Assembly (NCBI RefSeq): GCF_000315625.1
Contig: NW_005434637.1
Coordinates: forward strand, 443,985 to 507,984
DNA length: 64,000 nt
From: Guillardia theta CCMP2712
Taxonomy: Eukaryota; Protista; Cryptophyta
Direction: 5' to 3'
This document shows positions 48,305-60,910 of the stretch, piece after piece. Every line of letters starts with the position of its first letter. Within the stretch, counting starts at the first letter, position 1. The notes beneath the pieces are model-generated. The model made no database searches. It was not told the origin of the DNA and was given only the letters and a program-made list of their open reading frames with translations. Made by a program: the position numbers and the translations under genes.

Positions 48305-49439
48305 ATGCCGACGAGAGCGATGTCGGCGAACATGTAAGGAAGATGGATCACGAGTGGAAAATGCTGCCGATGTGTTGATCCGAATTGATCACAAAGTTAG
48401 CTTCAAGTTCGTTACTTGAACATGTTGCTGTGCCTATCTTGCTTGTTTCCTGCTGCGTTCTCGTCGTACTTGCGATCCGTAACGGTCTAACCTCGTCATT
48501 GGCAGGTTCACTCTCGGACTTTGTTTTCTCTTGGTGACAGCACAGGCAGTGAAGTTTGACAGCAAGCTGATCAAATCTGTGGATTGTAGCAAATTGCCAG
48601 CCGACTATTGCACAGCGGATTTGGGTTGCAAGAAGGACAGCAATGGGAACTGCGAAGTTGACCCGAACTTGAAGCCCACGATCAACTGCACAGAGCAGTT
48701 GTACAAGTCTGGACAGGCAGTGCAAGCTGCTGAGGATTCAATGGAGGTCTTGTTCAAAACCATCAAGACTACATGTAAGAACGTCGGGGAGACGACGTCT
48801 AAGGCCATTGACACCTTCGCGTCACTGGAGGATGAGTTTGAAAGCGCACTTGACAAATACAACTCGAGCCTGGTGGAATACACCAAAGAGAAAGCATTCA
48901 TGGACGACCTTCAAAGTCAGCTTGATGATCTCCAGGTCAAGTGCAAAGCTACAGATCCTCCTCCACCCCCCGACTGCGCGATCAAAATCCAGAAACTCCA
49001 GGACCAGATCACCAAAGAGAATGCTACATGCTCCAAGTTGTGGATCAAGGTTGACATGAACAAGGTTTGTCTGTCGTTCTTATATGAAGTAGAAGACTGA
49101 TCCGCTGCCTCCCGTAGAAAATGCTCGACCTCGCCTCGACTCAAGTCTCGCAGGGCAAGGCCGCCATGATCACTGCCACTCAGGGAGCCTCCAAGACTTT
49201 CAACTCTGCCTCAACTCAAGTCATGGTGAGCTCTGCACGCTGGTGAATGTTGAGCATGACAAGGGTTGCTACAGGACGCCGTCAACAAGAAGGATGACGC
49301 CATGACGTACTGGAACGCCATCGTCAGCTCGTGCTCTGCCAGCTCCGCTGTCGCCCAAGTGAAGCGCAAGTCATACAAGAGGCTAAGCAAGATGTACGAC
49401 AAGATCCATCGCAGAATGCGCTCGTTCAAGGTCGAATGA
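48305..49439 (+). CDS. Secreted Cys-containing coiled-coil hypothetical protein
   Basis: Hydrophobic leader (VPILLVSCCVLVVLAI), ORF 48531-49100 and last exon ...RRMRSFKVE*. The start is uncertain. Confidence 0.6.
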
Positions 49440-49499
49440 AGGGGAGTATAGGGAGTACAAGAATTCTGATTGTTTGCATTATCATGTTTAAACGAGATA

Positions 49500-51948
49500 T
49501 TAAAATGGGTTGTTCGAAAAACCCTGAAAATTCATGTTGTTGTTCCCGAATCCCGGCATTCCTCCTCCCATCTGCTGACCAGATTGAATGTTATTGTACA
49601 TCCCAAAGCCGTTGTTGGGAGGGAAATTATTCCTGGCCTGCAAGACTGTAAGTGGAGGGTTCAGGGTGACTGGTCCCACACTTACCATTCCTGGACCAGC
49701 ATTCATCATCATTCCTTGACCAGCATTCATCATCATTCCCTGTCCTGAGGTCATCATCATCCCTTGCTGTCCTGGTGGGAAGGGCATGGCAGTTCCCATT
49801 CCATATGGATTTTGGAATGATTGAGTGGGAGGAGACATCGTATGACCACCCAGAGGAAGCGAAACTCCGGCATGAAGCTGTGAGCTCTCCTTGGCCAACT
49901 GTGCCATCGATTTCTTAGGAGCTGCAGCCTGAAACTTTGCTATTTCGTCCTCTTTTGCCTGCGAAAAAGGTGAGAAGGCTGACCATGGATTGTAAGTGCT
50001 CGTGCCTTCTGCTGTGCTTCCTTCGCGGAAACATCTAAGTTTTCCAAGTTCACGAGCGTGGAGAGCGCTTGCTTCGCTACATTATTCTTGGCAAGCTGCG
50101 GGTTGCTGTACGCGTTGCCGCTAGGCTGTGACGGGTAGCCACTGTGGGACACAAGGTCGTTTTGAAAACCGTTACCATCGAAAAAATCGCCACCGCTGCG
50201 ACGAACACAGTCAAAAAAACAATGTTGAAAAGAAGCTCACAACATTCACCTTGCAGCCTGCGGATTACTGAACATCAAGTGCTGATGGACAGGCGCTGAG
50301 TTGCCGCCCAACAGGTCGCTCGGTCCCGACTCGTTGAATTGGATCCACTGATCTGGCTGAGACTGGAGAGGCTGCGGTGGGTCCAGACTTTGCCCTTCTT
50401 GTTCAAAGCCGACCCATGCGGTGTTTGTGGTGCCGCCGGCATTGACCTGAAAGCCACCAGATGGCGCATTGCCAGTTGCATCGAAGGGATTCCAATCCTG
50501 AAAGCTAGAGTTCAACGGTTTTTGCGGAGATGCAAAGGACATAGCCGGAACAGAAAACAAGTCATCCATATCCCCTGCTTTTTTCTGCTCTGACGGTTGT
50601 GGCTCAGGGACAGAGAGATCCAAGAGATCTACGGGGGGATTGGCTTTCGGTTGGTTGGCTGGAGCGCGGGCAACTGGAGCAGGTTTCGGGGGAGTGATCT
50701 GTGGCGCAGAGCTAGGAGCGTGATTCTCCGTCCCTGCGGATAGGGCTCAATAATGGAAAACTTACAGAAAACAAATTTTCACGTTCGTCAGAGGACTTGA
50801 TCTGCACGTTCAAATTCTTATTTTGTGCTCGAACGGTATGAGGATCTGGTCCCCAATCATCGTCGTCGTCGTTGAAGGTTGCTGGCTGGAACGGCAGGAG
50901 CTTGTCACCACCATGCACCGACACACAAAGTTCGAAATCGGCCGTACCTTGGAGCTAGACGCCGTCCTGTGCCGCGGGCTCAATCTCTTACCCCTGCGAC
51001 CACCAGAAGTCAGCAATGAAGATTCCTTCCTTGGTTGCACACCAGTCTTCATCGCCCATGTCCGATGAGCTTCCATTGACGTTGAAGTTGTCATCATGGC
51101 TAAAGTTTCCCAAACTGAGCAGAAGTCATTCAGAAGTAGTCCGTGTATGCATCACAAAATCTGCCATTACCGTGCCTTGGACCTCTTTGCAGCCTCTCTT
51201 TGTTCTGTAAGCTTGTCTTGATTCTTCAAGAGCTCAATGAGAGACTTGGACTTTTCTCTTACCTGAAACATAAAAAAATCATCAAGAGCTTTGGAATCAC
51301 CAATGAAAATGGCGGGCAATGTGGACACAAAAATTCTAATTACATTGATCCCTTGATCTTTGCCTGACTGCGCTTCAATAAACCTTCCGACACAAATCAA
51401 CCTTTTCGAATGATAGTAGGAAAGGCGCACCTGAAGTGATTGCATGCCTCTATCCTGTCAAGGTTGTCCTTGATATCCTCCACCACCCTGCAAGGGTTCC
51501 ATCAGCGCTCCTGTGAGAATTCAATCGCTCTTCTTTGCCTTCTGGAGGCGTTCTTGCAAAGATACTCGATCAGTGTAAGAGCTTTGTACACCTTGTAAAA
51601 ACTCATTAGTGGAACACGGGTAACGTGACGAGTTGATATACCTTTCGCCATCTTTCCGGGACTTCCCGTAGCCTCTCCCATATCATGGCGAGTGCTTGAG
51701 CTCTCTCTTCGGGGCTCGAGCTCATGATATCAGAAATCTCGCCCATGGCAGTGCCTGACGGTCCCCAGGCATCGCTATTGGTTGCTTCCTTGACCTTGAC
51801 AACAATATCGCTGGTGTTCAAAACGGCGTTCTTGCTGGGAAACGGTGAGTATTCACATTTGAGACGTTCACCAGGGCTACCCATGTTTGTAGAGCCCTTT
51901 TCCAGCTGACGCTGCTTTTAGCGCCAATCCAGTGAGTGAGTCAGACAT
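49500..51948 (-). CDS. ENTH-domain protein (epsinR/CLINT1/Ent3-like)
   Basis: VKVKEATNSDAWGPSG, WRKVYKALTLIEYL, GKDQGINV|REKSK, a Met-rich tail and terminal NNPF*. Confidence 0.92.
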
Positions 51949-52374
51949 CTAAAGGCAACACTGAGATGTCAAATCGTCAAATCTTCCCTTCCCGGTGAGG
52001 ACAAAAATAACAAGGAATGGTCTGCATATCTTTCTTCTGACATACTTCAGCTCGTACCTCCTTTTAGACCTCCTCATCATCAACCTACCTTCTACTTCTC
52101 ATATCTGCACCCATAAGAGACTTGCGCCTCTTGCTGCGACAGTTAACCTCCACGGTCGCAATAATCAGCCCAGACTTCTTCCACCACATTCCTGTGCGAG
52201 GCCCTTCCACTCCTCTACATTCTTTCGCTTCGTCTGCTGCTGCATTCTTGTCTCCTATCACCCTGTCCAACATCGTCGGCATTCACTTCTCTCCCGCTCG
52301 CTCTTCCTCCCATGCTCCCAGCACCTTCCGCTTTCCTCAGCTTGCGGCTGCATTTGGCAGTAAGCAGTTCCCCC

Positions 52375-52490
52375 TAGAGGGTAGGGGTACAAGAGGCACA
52401 GTCGTAATAGACCAAAGGGTGGGTACTAAAGTATATGAATACAGGGTGGGGTCAACGGTGGGGTGTAAAGATGAGGGTGGAGCACCGGGT
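52375..52490. promoter_or_regulatory. GGGTA-rich tract upstream of the ENTH gene, abutting a GC island
   Basis: GGGTAGGGGTAC, GGGTGGGTAC and GGGTGGGGTCAA. Confidence 0.45.
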
Positions 52491-52509
52491 TGCTGTCGTG
52501 TCTGAATAT

Positions 52510-53620
52510 ACCGGCGATTTTTAACTTAACTTTGAGTAACTTTCATGATTTTAACTTAACTTTGAGTACTTGAACGCCGAAGCGGCTCAGCGGCTTGCCT
52601 TACCCGCGGCCGCCCCCGGGCCGGCCCGGGCCCCCGGCCGCTGAACTTCGGAACTCCGAATCAGTGCTCGGGCGGCCGTAACTGTTCACTCCCGGACTCT
52701 GTGAACGAGTCATGATGCCCGGCCCGGCCGCAGCCGTCGGAGTCCGATCCGACGGTCCGGGACTCCCGGCCCGGGCCGAGCGACTCTGCCATGACTCACG
52801 GTGACGCCAGTCACTTCAAAAGATTCCGAAGTTTGCCCCGCGGGGCGCGGCCCGTCGTTACTCAGCCTGGGCAGTGCTACTAGCCTCTCAAAACGTCGGC
52901 CGCCTCAGCGGCTGAGGCCGCTTGATCATGTGACGGGGCCGCCGTCGCGGCCCGGGCCCGGCCGGCCGGGCGGCCGCGCCGTGGCGGCGCCCGCGCACGG
53001 TACTCCCGTAGAGGCGGTCTAGTGTGCCCTCCGAGCCTCGGAAAACTTTCAAGTCACTGAGTGACTGTGCTACGTGGACAATCAGAAGAGTCAGTGTAGA
53101 GGAGGCTTGACCCGGAGGCTGATGCCAGGCAGACTCGGCGGCGGCGGCGCCGAGAAGAGAAAGGACTGAGCGAGAACCGAGGCCGCCCCCGGGGCCTCAT
53201 CCTGCCTACCGTAGAACTGCTAACGCACAGTCCGATACGGTCCTTCAACTTAGTACCCGCATGTCGGGGCCTGGCAAACCGCAGGCTTCGGCGGAAGTTT
53301 CACGTTTCATTATTGGAACTAAGCAGCAGCATCGGCAAGTTCAACACCGGCGCCTTCCTTACGATGTCAGGGCCTCGGATGATCTGACTCAATACCGTAT
53401 ACGCCGGGTACGGAGTTCCGATCAGCACAAGTTCCGAAGTTTAGGTTCACATTAGTGCTCAGATGATGATGGTCACCACCGTGAGTCGGAGCCGCAGTGC
53501 CGGCCGGCGGGCGCCAGGCGGTGGGGAGTGGCCGGGCGGCGGGCCCGGCCGGAGCCGCCTCTGAGCCTCCGAGGCCGCATGGCGAGGTTGCTAGAAGTTC
53601 CGATGGCGGCGTGACCTGGT
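52510..53620. other. GC-rich palindromic-motif island containing pieces of the repeat seen at 1.7 kb
   Basis: TTTTAACTTAACTTTGAGTA occurs twice (52519, 52549). 53071-53111 is an inverted match to 1702-1736. Confidence 0.8.
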
Positions 53621-54609
53621 ACTGCGGTAAAAATTGCAAAGTTGCTGTACCTTCAAAAAATTGTTGAGAGCCTGTTTTCTCCCCCGGTGCAACCAACGAC
53701 TGGGATGAAATGGAAGACGCGTTATTGTACAGAAAACTGGGAGCAGCTTGCGACTGTTGGGACATGGGAGCATAGATATCATTTGAATAGCTCTGTAAAA
53801 AACAACCATGTGAAAATTGTTGGATGTGTCTGTCGCCTGCTGCAAAATTGTTTAGAAACGAAAATTTCAATCCTGAACTCCGTGGGATGTATTCAGGAAA
53901 ACTGTTTCTGTACACATGTCCGGGATATTGTGCAAAGTGGCGTTGCTCATCAAGTCCCGAACTGATCGATGACTGCTGTCTATAAGAGGCTGGGTCTGGT
54001 GTTGAAAATTGCTGAGCGAAGGTTGAAAGAAGATTGCTTGTCTGCTGTCTAGGTGCAAACATGTCATTCTGAATTGGATGGGTTTTTAAAAGAGGCTGAG
54101 GCAAATTTCCTCCCGACGTGCCGTGAGCCACCATAGTTGTAGATTCCTCGATCCTAGTCGAGAAGCTAAAACTTGTATTGGGCAGAAGAGCATTGCATTG
54201 GCCGGATTGTTGAAACAACTCATTTGAAGACGCCTTGAAAGAACAAACATCAAAGGCTTTGTCTTCAGCTAATCGACTTGACACGTTCGTCTCTCGCTCA
54301 TCCACGCTTTTTGCATCAGACCTCTTCGACTTGGAATTATAATCACGTGACGATGGCCAACTGGAAATTTTCAACTTTCTGCAAACATTCTTCAATGCAG
54401 TGAGTGATATGCCCTGCATACAACAATCATTCTGGGTCAACCTTGATCATTGCACGTACCAATTGCTTCGCGGCATCTTTTTGACGCAAATGGAACAAAC
54501 TAGTGATGTCGTTTTCACCTAAAGTTAGACTCGGCTTGCCCTTGTCGGCGTCTTCCTTTTTCTTCCTTGGAAACACATGGGCTTGCTGGAAGAAACCTCC
54601 AACATACAT
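53367..54609 (-). CDS. RWP-RK domain transcription factor; 3' end runs into a GC island
   Basis: HVFPRKK...ITSLFHLRQKDAAKQL|GISLTALKNVCRKLKISSWP. The intron is at the same position as in the other RWP-RK genes. Confidence 0.85.
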
Positions 54610-55157
54610 GGCAGCCCCAACAAACCTCTGAGATGGGAAGAGAGATCGCCGTCCAGATCACTACTGAACGGGATGGGCCATTGCCTGTCGCCCTGGAAAA
54701 ATCCTCGGACCAAATTCGTTGACCCGCTTAAAACTACTGCGAAGTACCGGTACTCAAGCAAAGGGTTTTGACTCTCTGGTTAAAAACGTTATAAGACATA
54801 TCTCTGCGACTGTGTGGTTAAAACTTTTCCCCGTTTCTATAACAGTTAATGGAATGTATATAAAAGTTTATATATTATGAACATACCATAGATGATTATA
54901 TAAAAATCGTATAAAGATCGTATAATCCATTTCACCTTCCGAATACGCTTCAACGACTGTCAGCAGAAGGCTTTAGTCAACTCTTTCAGTGGCTGTATTA
55001 ACTGAAGTAACGGAAAAATAAAGAGTAAAAGTGTCAAAGGGTCAATATTGAGTAAAAAATGTCAGAGGGGTCAATATGTAGGGTTGGCCCGACTCAGGGT
55101 CTGTAACAGAGTCTGCCTCAGAGTCATCTATCCAACAAGGGAACACAGCAAGGGAAC

Positions 55158-57033
55158 ATGCAAGCTCGTGCGCCCGATGTTCTGCCTGCCGCTCGTCCGG
55201 GTTGACGGCACAATACAGGAGCTGACCTTGCAGAGCATATCTCCTGGTCAAGATCTTGTTCAGTGCTCAGGAGGAGCAGACGTGTATGGGAGAGTGAGCA
55301 CGGGAGTGTCAAGATGAAGAGCATCAAGAGCTTGCTGTGCTGGGTCACTTCTCTAGCCTTGTACCCAGGTGCCTTGTCGATCCTCAAACGTGCGATGCCC
55401 CGAGCACTGACGGATATTGATTTTATGTTCGTGTCCTAATGGTGTTCAGTCTGGGTTGCTGTGCATGTCATCTTTGAACTCCAGAAGAGGGCCATGTTCC
55501 TACGGAGGTGGTGAACAGTACTAGGATGCCATGGTCTGACCCGTGACTTTGACAGCGCAAAAGGACCTTTCCTGCAAGTCACGTCCACCAGTTCTTCATG
55601 TCAACAAGCGCTTGCGGATGACTCGTTCGGCTCACTTCCTGCAGGCGACGTTGGCAAGGGAGGGAGAACTGCAGGGCACGTCCTCTTGGCGCTCAACGAC
55701 GCATCCTTCACGCTACCGAGGTATCAATACGCGCATGGCGTCAGCTGAATTGTGCGAGTGATCTCTAGCTCCAGGCATGTTGAACATGAGATGGTCAAGC
55801 TGAAATCTTGCATCCGATGGGCCTTTGCCTCCGGTGCTCGGTAACGGCTGCACCGGGTTATCGCGTAGTTGATGGGCAGCAGGATCATCTCGGTGTATAA
55901 CATGCATGGATGGCTGGAGGGGGCCAAGGAAAGTTTGATGACTGCACTTCAAGAGGTCGGGCATCCGAATGCTTGTTGTGTCAAGTGATGGAGGGGCAGG
56001 AGGACTTTGGGATAACCACTGTGTTGATCGGGGAGAATGGTCGTCCAGTGGGTTGGATCCGAGGAGGAACATTCCGTGAAGGAAGATGGGATGCTAAGAA
56101 TGGTTGAAGAGTGTTTTCTGTTCCAGCACTATCAGATGAAGTCTGAGCAGGTGAAGAATGTGGAGCAATTTTCTTCGATGACCTAGACAGCGGCAAGCAG
56201 CGGCTGATCCAGTGTGCTAGGTGGGACGAACGACGGGTTTGGCGAGTCTGATGTTTTGAGATGCAGAGAGCTTTGTCAAGATGTCAAGGAATCGAAAGAA
56301 CCTTGTCAACGGGTGGGCAACCAGATTGATCCAGGAATCCCCCTAGTCACGAATGCCTGTGGTGCCCAGATAAACGCCGGTGACATTGAAGAGCATTTGC
56401 ACAAGAAGTCGAGATGCTGCAATCAGAAATGTTTTGCCCAGGTATTTTTAGCTGAATTCTTTGTTCTGAAGCCTTCACTCTTGTTCTCACTTGTGTTCTA
56501 TCTTCTGCTAATGCTCTCTTTATCGCAGATTTCGCTCAGGACATCTTTGAGTCTGGACGGTCACCCCCTTCTCTACGTCCCTTCTCAGCTCATCGTTTCG
56601 GTACAGGACATACTTGCCTGCTCGTCGAGCACACCAGCGACAAGAACAGGAAGGAGATAATGATGTCATTTCCCTCCAGCTCATCTTGTTTCTTTCAGTG
56701 CGTCAGCCGTTGGGTGCCTCGACACGCCTCCCTCTGCCACCAGCTGTTCATGCTCAGTTCGCCTCCCTGAGCCAGAGATGGCCATCAGCTTCGGTCCAGC
56801 CTTTATCCTCCCGGACTACAACCCGTAAGCAGCAAGATTTCCCTGCATGAACCTCTGATGGAGGGGCAGGTGGCAAACACGGTTGACCGAGTTCTTCGAG
56901 GGAGGGGAGCTGAAGCGAGTCAAGCTTGCGGATCTGGAGGCGATCCTCCTCCGGTTCTCCTCCTCTGAAGTGAGTCAGTGCAGGCCCCTTTGTTGTTTTC
57001 TCATCACTCGTGCAGGTTCGAGTGGGAAAGTGA
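55158..57033 (+). CDS. NUS1: NUS1/Nogo-B receptor (cis-prenyltransferase subunit), many micro-exons
   Basis: Spliced: GHVLLAL..CIRWAFAS, IISVYNMHGWL, PEPEMAISFGPAFILPDYNP|WQTRLTEFF, and the C-terminal RxG motif VRVGK*. The start is uncertain. Confidence 0.8.
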
Positions 57034-58930
57034 TGGTATGGCTGCAGCCCTGCCGTTCACCTCAGTACTGAGCAGAGTGAGGGCAGGGAACATGCAACTC
57101 GCATCACTTCGACTGCGGTCTCGACTCTTGACGCTTGTCTTCCTTCTTTCGTCTTGCTGTTCTCCTCCTCCTGGCCCTGGCCTGCCTCCCTCGAATTCTC
57201 CCTCTGTGCCAGTATTCTTTTCCTTCCGGCTTTCTCCAAATCCAAATCTCCCTTCCTCCTCCACTACGTGTCACCGACTTCTTCATCTTCGTTCTCTACA
57301 GTAAACTTCATTTGATCCGCACGAGGAGGGCAGTGACGACGTCACTCCCAATGTTAACGAGGTTGTGTTGAACGGGGCCTCGAAAGAATACCACGTCATG
57401 CCCGTCTATCTGCACTGCCGCTTCTTGCAAGAAACTGTCATGACAGCATCAGGAGAGCACTTAGTCGCAGCCCTTGTCCTCACGGAGACTTGGCGCAGGG
57501 CTCGAGCGGTCCTTCAGGCGTTCTCTCTTGCTCCATCGCCTGGTCACCAAGTCACCCCCAGTAGGAAAGGATGATCAACAGGCCCACCAACTCCTGCTGC
57601 ATCATAGCATCGGTCAGCTTGATCCTGAGGTCGAGTGTCTTTTCCTCGTCCCCTTCCTTCAAGGACTGCAAGATCTCCTCGTGCATGCTTGGAGGCCTTG
57701 CATCAGCACCACTCGCCCTACCCGAGACACTCAGGGCTGACTCACTCGTCTATTTCGTCGTCTCGCTCGTTCCTGCACTCACGAGCATCAGTCCTGAGGG
57801 TCTCGAGGCAGAGCATGTCAGTCACCATCCCAATCTCTTGCGGACATCCTCCAGCTCCTCGTCCGTGACTTGTTCTGCAGTTAGCAGACTCAGGCACGGC
57901 AGACTTGAGAAAGGAACGGGGGATTGAAGGGGGCGGAGGAGAAGGGGAGAGTGAACCAGAAAACAATCCATGGCCATCGCCAAGGAGCCTGTCGGCCAGC
58001 TGCTCCTTCCCGCTGTCTTTCTCGCATTTCGCTGCTCGCGTGACACGCGGGCTCTTGTGTTCCAAGGATTTCATGCTCCGACACGAGAAGAAGAAGATGA
58101 GGCCGTTAAAAGGTAACTGATGCAAGTCCGTGCACTCCTGGGGCCTCAGGACGAAGCTGAAGAAGCTGAAGCTGGATGTCTCGAAACTTGAGCACGAGAG
58201 GGTCAGAAGGAAGAGAAACAACAAGATCGCAATGTGGGGCCTCACAGATGCTTGTAGGACAAGTGAGTGAATCGCTCTCCAAACGCATGACCTATCTCTA
58301 GTGGCTTCTGAGGCTCCAACGTGACCACCTCTGCCGAGCATACTTTGAAAGAACTAGCAAACGTGTCATTCACCCAAGTGAGGATCAAACCAGTTCTGCA
58401 GCATTTCCTGGTGTCGACTGCGTGCAACCCTTTCATAGGGCAGTTTCTCAAGCATACAGTCCCCCCGTCACCGTTGATAGTCACTAGACCATGAGGCTCC
58501 TTTACCAGTCGCAAACCCTTAGACCCAGGGGAACAAGTGAACTTCATAGATACTCACAGATGATTGTATGCATATGGTAGCTTGACGGCTCTTTGTCATG
58601 CTGTCAGGGGTTGTGAATCTCGAACATCATTCAAACAAAAATCTACAAGAATGGCGACAAAATTGTGCTTGACGTCTTCTCCACACGAACAAACTCGTTT
58701 TGAAGTAAAGGAACACTGGCAGAGTTGGTTAAGGCATAGCATGTCCAGTGATGAACGTACTTGGTAATACCCCAGCTTTGTTCTTGAAGAAGCAACCCAA
58801 GTACACAACCTATAAGAATGACTTTGGATGACATGAGCCACAAGATCTAAAAAATGATTTTGATCTTTCGCTCTGGATTTGTCTTCGTATCTGACATGTC
58901 ATTCATCTTCACCATCCTCTCTTGTGCCAT
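57004..58930 (-). CDS. Hypothetical multi-exon protein
   Basis: Chain of short minus-strand exon-like segments (FRDIQLQLLQLRPE, EQVTDEELEDVRKRL, EEKTLDLRIKLTDAMMQQEL). Confidence 0.4.
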
Positions 58931-59348
58931 TGTTGCTCTTTCACGCTTCTTCCCGCTGCCGCCTACTGCTTAGCTTCCAAGCATGGTGAACGAGATCCGT
59001 TCCTCTCCCACCCCGGTGGTTACTCATTAAAGATGGGTGGGGTTGTGGGTAAAAGGAGTTATGGTAATTGGTTGCAATAAGTTTGGGGTAAATTGAATTC
59101 TACACAAAACCAATTTGACGAAAAATCGTAATGAGACCTTCATTTTTGAAACATTTTTCAAACTTGATGGACCCTTGTCGGAAAAGCTCACGATATTGGC
59201 GACCGGAGCGAACATGCAGCTCGAGCGTAGAGCAGGCGCCATCGCATGCGGCGAAGATGCAACAGATGAAGCGACGATGAGCAGCCATCTTGCAAGAGTC
59301 GTTGACATGGCTGAAGATGAGCAGGAGGAGATGAACGCCGCTTGCAAG

Positions 59349-60795
59349 ATGGTTCAGGTCCTTGTGAGGAACTGGACCAGCAAGACCCTTGTGACCTCGA
59401 TGCAAGTCCGAGACATGCAGGGGCTGCATCTTGCCCTTGAAGATCTTGTTGGGTTGCCACCTGATGAGCAGCTTGTTACAATTTCTGGTATAGCCTGCCT
59501 TAAGGATGAGCAGGTTGCGTCTCTGAAGCCATGGAGCATGGTAGAGGTGCGCCCAAGATGCCTGGGCGGCAAGGGAGGTTTCGGTGCCATGCTTCGTGGA
59601 CAAGCTTCGCGACCTGGGATGAAGAAAGTGCAGGCAAATACAGGAGCCATGCGTGACTTGAGTGGAAGGAGACTTCGCCATGTCGAGCAGGAGGCTCAGC
59701 TCCAAGAATGGGCAGCTGAAGAGGAGAAACGGAAAGAGCAAATAGAAAAAGAGAAAGCAGCAAAGCGACAGAAATTCGCTCACAATGTGCATGAGGAAGC
59801 TGTAAACTACGTTGCAGAGGCTATAGTTGACAGGGATATGGTTACGGACGCAGTCAAGCAGGGAATTTTCGGTGAGAAGAACAGGAAGGAAGTTAGTTCA
59901 CAAGAGGTCCCCAAAGCTATGATGTCAGCCAAGAAGGTGATCCCGATGGATGATACGTAACCGATCGCTCTCATCCTAACATTTGTGCTTAGCTTGACAA
60001 GATTTGGAACGTCGATGAGTTTGAAGATGATGACGAAGAAGACGGCAGTGCCGATCAGGTACATCTACATGTCTCGTTTCTGGAATTCTGAATTTGCCCA
60101 GATACATCCTCAAGGCAAGGCAAAGCAACCAACAACAGCAAAGGAAGCGTCTGCGAAGGTGGAGAAGGAAGATGTTGCTCAAGCGAAGAAGGCGGAGGAA
60201 GGAGCTCAGAAGGAGAAGGCAGAAAAGAAATCTGAAGCACCTGAGAAACCGGAAACAAGTGCGGCAGTAGCGAATAGCAAGGAGCAAGACGAAAAGGTCA
60301 CTTCCTGTCACAGCTCGCTCTTTGATTTTGACGAGAATATATGCAATGTGCAGGCTCAGAGCAAAGAGACGACGGAAAAAGTAGGAACCAACCCCTGAGC
60401 TGTAGGGTCTGACTCATTTGGCGCAGCCCAAGGAGGATGGAAACGCAGCGCAGGAACTAGAAGATATTGATATCGACAAGGTGTCCGGATTGCTTCCATG
60501 TCGTCGGAGACTGATGTATCCTGGCAAGGTCCCCGACCAGGACACCCTCCTCAAGTACGGCGCTGACAGACTGAAATTTGCACTCGCAAAGAGGTTTTGC
60601 AAGGGAAGAGGAAAGCTGGTGTATTGACCTTGCTCGCAGGGGCCTCAAGTGCGGAGGAAGGCCTGAAGAGAGGGCTCAGAGGCTGTGGAGGTATGCCCTG
60701 TGCCCTTGCTGAAGTTCTCGTTGATGCTCGTCCTTGGCAGCATCAAGGGGGTCCCACCTGAGAAGTGGCCTGCTAAGATCAAGCAGGGAAAGTAG
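59349..60795 (+). CDS. SDE2: SDE2 splicing/replication-stress factor (UBL-GG|KGG precursor with C-terminal SAP-like region)
   Basis: VEVRPRCLGGKGGFGAMLR, AMRDLSGRRLRHV, and YGADRLKFALAKR|GLKCGGRPEERAQRLW. Confidence 0.92.
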
Positions 60796-60910
60796 ATGAG
60801 TAGAAGGTGAGATTTCTGTTTCGGGGACTACAGGAGCGCTGCTCATTTTGATGTGACAGTGAAGCAATCTTTAACTTTTTCTTTTCATACCACAAAAATC
60901 ACAAATTCTA

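Noticed and set aside
58081-58257. Plus-strand Lys-rich reading (RTKLKKLKLDVSKLEH)
   Set aside because: No start or coherent gene. It is antisense to a more consistent minus-strand exon chain.
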